IMG/VR virus record: IMGVR_UViG_3300045988_046223
Coordinates: 1 to 40,142 of that record
Length of the DNA: 40,142 bases
Origin: a virus
Direction: 5' to 3' (one strand)
The notes under the pieces are model-generated. The model was not told where the DNA came from. It saw only the letters and a list, made by a program, of their open reading frames with translations, and searched no databases. The position numbers and the translations under genes were made by a program. Below are positions 33,090 to 40,069 of this stretch, in pieces (position 1 is the first letter of the stretch; every line of letters starts with the position of its first letter).

Positions 33090-33556
33090 GTGCAACCCGC
33101 AATCCCTATTACCAGCTGCCCGGTGGGGCTGACCTGCCCGGAGACGTGCGTGTGAGCGATACGGCAGATGCCAGCAAGACTGCTGCGGACGGCTGGGCGG
33201 CCAGCCCGGCAGCGGTGGCGAGTGCAGCTGCCACATTATCTAGTTTAGTTTGCCGCTTCGATATAGGAGACAACTCCGTACATTTCCAATTCACACCAAC
33301 TTTCGGAAAAAGGGCTAGTTTTGTATTGATTTCGATTATGCAAGGCTCTGGCATATGCTGTAACAGCCTTGTTGTGCACAACGATGATGGAACTAATGCT
33401 TGTACCGAGTTCGTTTCTAAGGGTCTTTCGGTAAATAAAATCGCTACAAGCAAGTCTGGAGACATCATTGATGTCTCCATTAGTTACGTCTACAACAGCG
33501 TTTGGGGACATCTGTTTGTCTTTCCGTCTGATAACATCACAAACATCGGACAATAA
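33086..33556 (+). CDS. Putative second receptor-binding protein (mosaic)
   Basis: 156 aa with N-terminal MSATRNPY. Composition switches abruptly near 33240. Confidence 0.7.
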   Translation: MSATRNPYYQLPGGADLPGDVRVSDTADASKTAADGWAASPAAVASAAATLSSLVCRFDIGDNSVHFQFTPTFGKRASFVLISIMQGSGICCNSLVVHNDDGTNACTEFVSKGLSVNKIATSKSGDIIDVSISYVYNSVWGHLFVFPSDNITNIGQ

Positions 33557-33611
33557 TTACGAACAACAAAAAACCATAATTTGAAAAGAGAAACACACTT
33601 GGAGGTGCTAT

Positions 33612-33692
33612 ATGTCTGAAAAAGATACGATTTTGACCCCGGAAATGGGTGAAGAACTTTCCAACGGCAAAGGAGACGACGACGATGAGTGA
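33612..33692 (+). CDS. 26-aa acidic peptide upstream of the endolysin
   Basis: GGAGGTG SD. Sequence: MSEKDTILTPEMGEELSNGKGDDDDE. It overlaps the endolysin start. Confidence 0.4.
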   Translation: MSEKDTILTPEMGEELSNGKGDDDDE

Positions 33693-34827
33693 TTCCGCAC
33701 TTGCCGTTTATACGGCCATTAGCCCAAACTGCAACAGACCCCGCAGCCAGCCCATCAGCAAGATCACGGTGCACCATATGGCGGGCAATACCACGCTGGA
33801 AGCGTTCGGTTCTATCGTTGGCAAAGCATCCCGCCAGATGAGCGCAAACTACGCCATCGATTCCAACGGCCGCATCGGTCTGTTTTGCCACGAGGCCGAC
33901 CGTTCGTGGTGCAGCTCGTCGCCGTGGAACGACCAGCGCGCCGTCACGATCGAGGTCGCCAACGACGGCGGTGAGCCTGACTGGCACATCAGCGACAAGG
34001 CCTATGCCGCGCTGCTCGACCTTTGCACCGACATCTGCCGCCGCAACGGCATCAAGGAGCTGACCTACACCGGCGACAAGAACGGCAGCTTGACCATGCA
34101 CTGCTTCTACGCCGCCACGGCCTGTCCAGGTCCCTACCTCAAGAGCAAGTTTCCCGACATTGCGGCGCAGGTCACAACGCGCCTGAAGGGCGACGTGGCC
34201 GACGCTGCACCCGCAAAGACGCAGGAGCAGACGTTCATCGACGTGATGGTCGAGAAGTGCCGGGAGCACTGCCTGAGCGCCCATCTGCTGCCGTCGCTCT
34301 GCATTGCGCAGGCGTGTTTGGAGAGCGCTTACGGCACCAGCGAGCTTGCTGTACAGGCCAACAACCTGTTCGGCATCAAGGCAAGCAACTGGAGCGGTCG
34401 CGTCTACAACAAGACCACCAAGGAGTGGGACGGCGGAAAGTACATCACCATCACGGCGGGCTTCCGCGCCTATGACACGATGGTCGCCTGCGTAGAGGAC
34501 TACATCAAGAAGCTCACTACCATGAGCCGCTACTCAAACCTTGTCGGCTGCACCGACATCAACAAGGCGTGCGAGTACATCCGCGCCGACGGCTGGGCGA
34601 CCAGCCCGACCTACACGTCGAGCTTGCTGGCGGTCGTGAAGCAGTTCAATCTGACGCGGTATGATGCCGCCATCAAAGAGGATAAGCCCGCTGCGCCGAC
34701 GCATCAAGAGGTCTGGCTTGACCACGTTGTGCTTCCAAACGCCGCAGCAATGGAGTTTTACGCCGTTGCCAAAAAGTACAACCTCGATAACGATAGGGCG
34801 TATCATGCAAAATACGTGGAGGGTTGA
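33685..34827 (+). CDS. Bifunctional endolysin: N-acetylmuramoyl-L-alanine amidase plus glucosaminidase domain
   Basis: Amidase_2-like ITVHHMAGN...SANYAIDSNGRI...AVTIEVAND. Glucosaminidase-like LCIAQACLESAYGTSELAVQANNLFGIKA. Confidence 0.9.
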   Translation: MSDSALAVYTAISPNCNRPRSQPISKITVHHMAGNTTLEAFGSIVGKASRQMSANYAIDSNGRIGLFCHEADRSWCSSSPWNDQRAVTIEVANDGGEPDWHISDKAYAALLDLCTDICRRNGIKELTYTGDKNGSLTMHCFYAATACPGPYLKSKFPDIAAQVTTRLKGDVADAAPAKTQEQTFIDVMVEKCREHCLSAHLLPSLCIAQACLESAYGTSELAVQANNLFGIKASNWSGRVYNKTTKEWDGGKYITITAGFRAYDTMVACVEDYIKKLTTMSRYSNLVGCTDINKACEYIRADGWATSPTYTSSLLAVVKQFNLTRYDAAIKEDKPAAPTHQEVWLDHVVLPNAAAMEFYAVAKKYNLDNDRAYHAKYVEG

Positions 34828-34829
34828 GC

Positions 34830-35144
34830 GTGCCGGAGTGGATTGTGAAATACTGGGTCGAGTGGGCTTTTGGCGTACTCGCCGCGGGATTACTGGTCGT
34901 TTATAGGCGGCTGGCGAAAAAAATCAAGGACGACGCAGAAGAGAGGGCCGCCATCAAGGCGGGGATGCTGGCAATCCTGCACGACCGCCTGTACCAGGTC
35001 TGCACGTTTTATATCGCGCAGGGCTGGATCGAGACGGCGGGCCTTAAAAATCTGGAATATCTGTACAAGAGCTACCATGCGCTGGGCGGCAACGGAACAG
35101 GCACAGAACTGTACAACCGGGCGCGGGTGCTGCCGATTCATTAA
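34830..35144 (+). CDS. Membrane-anchored lysis-cassette protein
   Basis: GTG 34830 lies 6 nt after GGAGGG. A single N-terminal TM segment is present (WVEWAFGVLAAGLLVVY). Confidence 0.65.
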   Translation: MPEWIVKYWVEWAFGVLAAGLLVVYRRLAKKIKDDAEERAAIKAGMLAILHDRLYQVCTFYIAQGWIETAGLKNLEYLYKSYHALGGNGTGTELYNRARVLPIH

Positions 35145-35159
35145 GAAAGGAGCTAAACT

Positions 35160-35456
35160 ATGAACATCGACTACATGAACTACATCAAGCCTGAACTGCT
35201 GGTACTGATCCCGGCGCTGATTTTCGTTGGGTATTGCCTGAAAACCAGCACGGCAGTGGCTGACAAGCTCATCCCGGCGGTGCTGGCCGCAGTGGGTATT
35301 GTGCTGGCCGCGCTGTACGTTTTGGCGACGTCGCCCATCGGCGGCGGGCAGGACGCGGCCATGGCGGTTTTTACTGCCATCGTCCAGGGCGTGCTGTGCG
35401 CAGCGGGGGCGGTCTACGCCAACCAGTGCGTGAAGCAGAGCACGAAGGATAAATAA
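35160..35456 (+). CDS. Holin
   Basis: 98 aa with hydrophobic segments PELLVLIPALIFVGYCL, IPAVLAAVGIVLAALYVL and FTAIVQGVLCAAGAVYA, and a charged C-terminus. Confidence 0.8.
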   Translation: MNIDYMNYIKPELLVLIPALIFVGYCLKTSTAVADKLIPAVLAAVGIVLAALYVLATSPIGGGQDAAMAVFTAIVQGVLCAAGAVYANQCVKQSTKDK

Positions 35457-35464
35457 TCCACTGC

Positions 35465-35662
35465 GTGCGCCGGTTTGATTTTTGTGTTGACCTGGCGACG
35501 TATAACAGAATTTGCTTTTTGCTGACCGACGATGAGCGGGCTGTGCTGGATTACAGGCGGCGCGGCCTGGGCAACGCGGAGATCGCTGCGGAAATGAACT
35601 GCAGCGAGCGCACGGTCAATCGGTTGGTGCGGGCGGTCGTGGATAAAATCAGGAAGATATAA
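35465..35662 (+). CDS. Small sigma-70 region-4 / LuxR-type HTH protein
   Basis: LTDDERAVLDYRRRGLGNAEIAAEMNCSERTVNRLVRAVVDKI. The start codon is uncertain; no good SD is present. Confidence 0.6.
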   Translation: MRRFDFCVDLATYNRICFLLTDDERAVLDYRRRGLGNAEIAAEMNCSERTVNRLVRAVVDKIRKI

Positions 35663-35663
35663 A

Positions 35664-35710
35664 ACAGCGGTCGTGCTGGGCGTTTGCCCGGTACGACCGC
35701 TGTTTTTTTT
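35664..35710. terminator. Long bidirectional terminator hairpin
   Basis: ACAGCGGTCGT...ACGACCGCTGT (11-bp outer stem plus an inner CTGGGC/GCCCGG helix). It is flanked by AAAA and T8. Confidence 0.8.
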
Positions 35711-36179
35711 ATTCTGTTTTTATAAAAAATACAATGCCACAGGAGTAGTAGACCTGGAAGCAACCCTCGACCGTTTCGGCGACTGTGCTGCCACAATCGT
35801 AGTCGTAGATGTTGAATTTACCAGAAATCAGCGTGAAGTAGGTAAGGGGCGCGGTGTCTATCTCGCCGTCGTTATAGATGCAAAACGCGGAGTCGCCGTC
35901 GCCTGCGCCGGTGGGAATCAGAACGGAGAAGGAATCATTGGCGATTTTGACCGCGCCCGCGTCGCTGATGGTGTCGCAGCGGCGGCCGCTGGTCAGCAGC
36001 CACAGGTCCGGCGGTGGGGGTGCGGCAAGTCGGTTGTCGGTGTAGGGTTCATCTTCGTCGATGAGCCAGTCACGACCGACGCGGCGGGCTGTTTTGAAAC
36101 CGCCGCGCAGGGCCTTTTGGCGGACGGTGACGGGGCTGCGGTTGTGGCGGGCAGCGTATTCGGTAATTGTAATTTCCAT
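35709..36179 (-). CDS. HTH (excisionase/MerR-like) protein with unknown beta-rich C-terminal domain
   Basis: 156 aa. N-terminus: MEITITEYAARHNRSPVTVRQKALRGGFKTARRVGRDWLIDEDE. Confidence 0.7.
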   Translation of the reverse strand: MEITITEYAARHNRSPVTVRQKALRGGFKTARRVGRDWLIDEDEPYTDNRLAAPPPPDLWLLTSGRRCDTISDAGAVKIANDSFSVLIPTGAGDGDSAFCIYNDGEIDTAPLTYFTLISGKFNIYDYDCGSTVAETVEGCFQVYYSCGIVFFIKTE

Positions 36180-36193
36180 GGGGGCCTCCTTAA

Positions 36194-36529
36194 TTAAAGT
36201 TCGATGTTGACGTCCACAGTGATTTCTACGCCTACCGGGTTGCCGGCCTTTACAAAGGCAGAGCTGGCGGAGCGGGGCAGGATGTGGATGCTAAGGAGCG
36301 TTATGGTCTCATCAGACTGGATCAGTTCGCCGTTTTCGTCAAGCTCATCCTCTCGGTTGTAGTCGACGTAGTACTCCCAGCGACACAAGGCGTCATCCTG
36401 GCCAGTGACCCACTGCTTGCCGTTGTCCATGGCGGCGCTGGAAATTGCCTCGCGGATTTCATCGATAACATCGTTGCTGTTGACGGAAGTGTTGGTGGCG
36501 GCGTAGATGGCATTAGAAATAGTGGTCAT
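36194..36529 (-). CDS. Hypothetical acidic protein, first gene of the minus-strand cargo operon
   Basis: 111 aa after an AGGAGGAAAATAAA SD context. It lies downstream of a consensus promoter. Confidence 0.7.
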   Translation of the reverse strand: MTTISNAIYAATNTSVNSNDVIDEIREAISSAAMDNGKQWVTGQDDALCRWEYYVDYNREDELDENGELIQSDETITLLSIHILPRSASSAFVKAGNPVGVEITVDVNIEL

Positions 36530-36578
36530 TTTATTTTCCTCCTGTTGTGTGCGGTTGCTTATCTCTTACTGTGTCTAT

Positions 36579-36607
36579 ATTATACATCGCTAGAGATGTA
36601 ATGTCAA
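36579..36607 (-). promoter_or_regulatory. Perfect consensus sigma-A promoter driving 36529->35709
   Basis: On the minus strand: TTGACA (36607-36602), 17-nt spacer, TATAAT (36584-36579). Confidence 0.75.
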
Positions 36608-36720
36608 GGGCTTTTGCAAAGACTTTTTAGAATTTTCTGCAAAAAATGGCGTAAAGTCGGCGTATATGTGGCGCACGCGAAATTGTGTAAAATATTACAA
36701 TAAATATAGAGGATAAAGCC

Positions 36721-37095
36721 ATGTACAGAGAATTAAACCTGAATCCAGAACATAAGCGCGTCGGCGATTGTACCGTAAGAGCCATTGCAGCAGCCACCTT
36801 GAAACAATGGGAGACCGTATATGCAGACTTGGCTGTTGAGGGTTTGTTATTACATGATATGCCGACTGCTAATTACGTATGGGGACATTACCTGCGTCGG
36901 TGTGGGTGGAACCGTTCGGCAATTCCGAACAATTGCCCGGACTGCTACACGGTTGCGGATTTCGCGTCGGAGCACCCAAGCGGGACGTATATTTTGGCTC
37001 TTGCAACGCACGTTGTCTGCGTGCGTGATGGGGACTGGCTTGACACATGGGACAGCGGCGACGAGACGCCACTGTATTATTGGCAGAAAGGATGA
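36721..37095 (+). CDS. Putative papain-fold cysteine peptidase-like protein
   Basis: 124 aa after a GAGGA SD. It has an ordered Cys (GDCTVRA), His (ATHVVCV) and Asp (DTWDSGD). Assignment by motif order only. Confidence 0.45.
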   Translation: MYRELNLNPEHKRVGDCTVRAIAAATLKQWETVYADLAVEGLLLHDMPTANYVWGHYLRRCGWNRSAIPNNCPDCYTVADFASEHPSGTYILALATHVVCVRDGDWLDTWDSGDETPLYYWQKG

Positions 37096-37101
37096 TTGAC
37101 T

Positions 37102-37572
37102 ATGGCGTTTGGCGTACCGTATCAGCCCGGATTTGCGCCGGGATATTACCCGATGGGGCAGCAGATGCCGTCGGCCATGCCCGACCAGCTTGCACAGCTT
37201 CGACAAGCGGCGTATCCGCAGCAGCAACAGACTGCACAGCAGACTGCGCCTATTATTTGGGTGCAGGGAGAAGAAGCGGCGAAGTCGTATCTTTGTGCGC
37301 CGGGGAACAGCGTGCTTTTGATGGACAGCGAGAAAAGTTCGTTCTATATCAAAACAGTGGATGCAAGCGGGATGCCGCAGCCGTTGCGAATCTTTGATTA
37401 CACGGAGCGCACAGCAGCACAGAAACAGCCCACACAGGCCGTGCAAGCACAAGCCGGGGAGTTTGTCACCCGTGCAGAGTTTGACGCGCTGGCGGCACGC
37501 TTTGACGCGCTGACAGCAGACAAACCGCTGACAAAGAAAAAGGAGAGCGAAAATGCCAAATCCACTGTTTAA
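37102..37572 (+). CDS. P/Q-rich protein with globular C-terminal half, unknown function
   Basis: ATG 37102 follows AAAGGA. It has an N-terminal low-complexity P/Q/G/Y region, then IIWVQGEEAAKSYLCAPGNSVLLMDSEKSSFYIKTVDASGMPQPLRIFDY. Confidence 0.65.
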   Translation: MAFGVPYQPGFAPGYYPMGQQMPSAMPDQLAQLRQAAYPQQQQTAQQTAPIIWVQGEEAAKSYLCAPGNSVLLMDSEKSSFYIKTVDASGMPQPLRIFDYTERTAAQKQPTQAVQAQAGEFVTRAEFDALAARFDALTADKPLTKKKESENAKSTV

Positions 37573-37771
37573 TGCTTTAGGCGGCGGGCGTATGCCCGGC
37601 CCGATGGGACAATTTCAGCAGATGATGCAGCAGTTTCAGCAGTTCCGGGCAAATTTTCAGGGAGACCCCAAAAAAGAAGTAGAAAAGCTGTTGCAATCCG
37701 GGCAGATGAGCCAAGCTCAGCTAAACCAGCTGCAAGCGATGGCGCAGCAGTTTCAGGGCTTTTTAAAATAG
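37553..37771 (+). CDS. 72-aa Q-rich helical protein
   Basis: AAGGAG SD. Q/M-rich sequence (QFQQMMQQFQQFRANFQGDPKKEVEKLLQSGQMSQAQLNQLQAMAQQFQ). Confidence 0.6.
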   Translation: MPNPLFNALGGGRMPGPMGQFQQMMQQFQQFRANFQGDPKKEVEKLLQSGQMSQAQLNQLQAMAQQFQGFLK

Positions 37772-37825
37772 GTTCAAACCGTGCGCACGGTGAACAATAA
37801 AATCAACTTTTGAAAGGAGTTAAAT

Positions 37826-38602
37826 ATGAGTCTTTCTTCGGACGGCACTGTGATGACAATGCCTGTTCAGCCCGCGAATACGGGCAATGGCAACGGCTGG
37901 GGCTTTGGCGGCGATGGTGCGTGGTGGATTATTATTCTCTTCCTATTCGTTTTCTGCGGTTGGGGCGGCAGCTGGGGCAACAACGGATTTGGCGGCGGTA
38001 ATGGTGCTGGCGCTGTCGATGGCTACATCCTCACCAGCGACTTTGCCAACATCGAACGCAAAATCGACGTCGTGAACAACGGCCTGTGTGACGGTTTCTA
38101 TGCTCAGGCACAGCTTGTCAACGGTGTGCAGAACGCTATGCAGCAGGGCTTTATGAGCGCCGAAATCAGCCGCGCAAACCAGCAGGCCGCATTTATGCAG
38201 CAGCTTAACGCCATGCAGATGCAGCAGGCTAATTGCTGCTGCGAGACCCGCGAGGCGATTCAGGGTGTAAACTACAACCTTGCTACGCAGGCTTGCGACA
38301 CGCGCCAGACCATCCAGAACGGTACGCGCGACATCATCGAGAACCAGAACGCCAATGCGCGTGCGGTGCTTGACGCACTGACCGCCCAGCGTATCGAGGC
38401 AAAGGATGCCAAGATTGCCGAGCAGAACCAGCAGATTTTCGCTGCACAGCTTGCCGCTAGTCAGGCTGCGCAGAATGAAACGCTGAAAGCCTATATGAGC
38501 GGGCAGCTTGCTTACTACAACCCCCGCCCTGTTCCTGCTTTCCCTGTTCCCGCACCGTATCAGTATGGGAATTGCGGCACCTGCAACGGCTGCGGATGCT
38601 AA
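37826..38602 (+). CDS. Gly/Trp-rich membrane-anchored, Q-rich coiled-coil protein with Cys clusters
   Basis: 258 aa after a GAAAGGAG SD. It contains NGWGFGGDGAWWIIILFLFVFCGWGGSWGNNGFGGGNG, an internal CCC, and a C-terminal NCGTCNGCGC. Confidence 0.75.
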   Translation: MSLSSDGTVMTMPVQPANTGNGNGWGFGGDGAWWIIILFLFVFCGWGGSWGNNGFGGGNGAGAVDGYILTSDFANIERKIDVVNNGLCDGFYAQAQLVNGVQNAMQQGFMSAEISRANQQAAFMQQLNAMQMQQANCCCETREAIQGVNYNLATQACDTRQTIQNGTRDIIENQNANARAVLDALTAQRIEAKDAKIAEQNQQIFAAQLAASQAAQNETLKAYMSGQLAYYNPRPVPAFPVPAPYQYGNCGTCNGCGC

Positions 38603-38665
38603 AAACGAATACGGCAACTTGTCGGAGCATCTGACATGTTCGGCCCCGTGCCGATAGTGCAAAAT

Positions 38666-38701
38666 GTGGCGGGGCAATCGTCCCGCCACTATCTTTTTTT
38701 G
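38666..38701 (+). terminator. Intrinsic terminator inside the cargo cassette
   Basis: GTGGCGGG gcaatcgt CCCGCCAC followed by a T-run (38694-38701). Confidence 0.75.
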
Positions 38702-38715
38702 AAAGGAATGATTTT

Positions 38716-39138
38716 ATGGCTGAATTTACAAACGCCAATACCGTGAGCGTGGCAGCAGGCCAGAACGTGCCGTTGACAGAAACGGCAGTAGCGGGTAAGG
38801 GCTGTGTCGTACACAGAGAGGGCGCGGGCATCGTTACACTGCGCGGCATCACGAACCAGTGCAAAGCTCGTTTCAAAGTGGGATTTGGTGCAAATGTTGC
38901 TATCCCTACCGGCGGCACAGTGGAAGCTATTACTGCTGCGCTTGCCATCAACGGTGAACCGCTGAACAGTGCGACTGCAACCGTGACACCGGCAGCAGTA
39001 GAAAACTTCTTTAATATCTATGTGACGTCTTTTGTTGAAGTTCCGCGCGGCTGCTGCCTGACCGTTGCCGCCGAAAATACAAGCACACAAACCGTTTTGT
39101 TTGCGAACGCAAACTTTGTGGTCGAGAGAGTGAGCTGA
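38716..39138 (+). CDS. Small beta-rich protein (jelly-roll-like pattern), unknown function
   Basis: 140 aa after a GAAAGGAA SD. It shows an alternating hydrophobic pattern, a CC pair (PRGCCLTV) and no signal peptide. Confidence 0.7.
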   Translation: MAEFTNANTVSVAAGQNVPLTETAVAGKGCVVHREGAGIVTLRGITNQCKARFKVGFGANVAIPTGGTVEAITAALAINGEPLNSATATVTPAAVENFFNIYVTSFVEVPRGCCLTVAAENTSTQTVLFANANFVVERVS

Positions 39139-39150
39139 AAGGAGTAAACC

Positions 39151-39546
39151 ATGAGTAAAAGAGTTTTGTATGACTTGAAAGACATGCTGTGCGCAGAACT
39201 GGACGAAATCGGAAAGAAGGGTGAAATGTCTGCCGGTGACTTGGAAACTGTTCACAAGCTGACTGACACCATCAAGAACATCGACAAAATCACCATGCTG
39301 GAAGAAGGCGGCTACAGCCGCGATGAAGATTACAGCCGGGATGGTGATTGGAGCGCTAATATGCACGGCAATTATGGACGCGGCAGCAGCTATGCGCGGC
39401 GCGGTTCGCATTATGTGCGTGGCCATTACAGCCGAGACGATGCGCGAGACAGCATGATGCGAAAGCTGGAAGACATGATCCGAAACGTTGATGGATACGA
39501 CCGCGAGACTATCCAGCATTGCATCGATGAACTGAAAAACATTTGA
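39151..39546 (+). CDS. Helical protein with central Y/S/R/D/G low-complexity region
   Basis: 131 aa after a GAAAGGAG SD. Central region: GGYSRDEDYSRDGDWS...GRGSSYARRGSHYVRGHYSRDD. Confidence 0.7.
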   Translation: MSKRVLYDLKDMLCAELDEIGKKGEMSAGDLETVHKLTDTIKNIDKITMLEEGGYSRDEDYSRDGDWSANMHGNYGRGSSYARRGSHYVRGHYSRDDARDSMMRKLEDMIRNVDGYDRETIQHCIDELKNI

Positions 39547-39560
39547 CGGAGGTGGCGGCT

Positions 39561-39914
39561 ATGGTTGACGTGCGAGAGATTGACGGCGCTATAGCCGAAA
39601 TCGAAAATAGCGAACTTACCATGACCAGAGTTAAAAATTTAGCGGCGCTGTATGTTGTGAAAAATCAGCAGCTTGCAGATGTATCCCCTGCCCCACAAAA
39701 AGCAGAACGGCAAGAGACAGTTCGCTACTACGAAGCGGCAAAGCCGTCTACAAGGGCTGCTGTTGGCAGCAGTGACTTTTTACGAGCTGTGTCAAATGTA
39801 GACCTTACGGATGCGCTGAACGTGCTGGATGAGCTTATGTCGGCTTTATATGTGGCGAACCCTAAAGTTTATAATGGCGTTATGCGGAAATTGGAGCGTT
39901 TACAGGATGAGTGA
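39561..39914 (+). CDS. Hypothetical helical protein
   Basis: ATG 39561 follows GGAGGTGG. The C-terminal motif LNVLDELMSALYVANPKVY is shared with the next ORF. Confidence 0.6.
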   Translation: MVDVREIDGAIAEIENSELTMTRVKNLAALYVVKNQQLADVSPAPQKAERQETVRYYEAAKPSTRAAVGSSDFLRAVSNVDLTDALNVLDELMSALYVANPKVYNGVMRKLERLQDE

Positions 39915-40059
39915 ATTTTTGGAGATTGTAAACAAGGCTGATACCGGTAGAGTGTGGCGCGTGCTGGACGAGTTTATGGATGCGCTGAAAGAAGCAAAGC
40001 CGGAATTGTATGCAGAACTGCTGCACAATCTGCGTAAAAAATATGCAAGTGTGTACTAA
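39907..40059 (+). CDS. 50-aa helical protein, paralogous motif to the preceding ORF
   Basis: Contains VWRVLDEFMDALKEAKPELY. It overlaps the preceding stop and is the last gene before attR. Confidence 0.5.
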   Translation: MSEFLEIVNKADTGRVWRVLDEFMDALKEAKPELYAELLHNLRKKYASVY

Positions 40060-40069
40060 AGTGTGTACT
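40050..40069 (+). promoter_or_regulatory. Candidate integrase arm-type sites (P' arm)
   Basis: TGTGTACT at 40050-40057 and 40062-40069, in the same orientation as the left-end copies. Confidence 0.5.

Noticed and set aside
31063-33556. A diversity-generating retroelement targeting the tail-fibre genes.
   Set aside because: There is no reverse transcriptase ORF anywhere in the window. I saw no template/variable repeat pair with adenine-specific differences.
29567-34284. Long minus-strand ORFs 29567-30820 (417 aa), 31018-31908 (296 aa) and 33490-34284 (264 aa).
   Set aside because: They lie antisense to the Tal, BppU-like and endolysin genes in GC-rich DNA. They have no SDs, and their R/A/G/H-rich translations are implausible.
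37943-39519. Minus-strand ORFs 37943-38689 (248 aa), 38457-38951 (164 aa) and 38689-39519 (276 aa) in the cargo cassette.
   Set aside because: The + strand ORFs all have strong SDs and ordered spacing. The minus-strand frames lack SDs and span + strand intergenic terminators.
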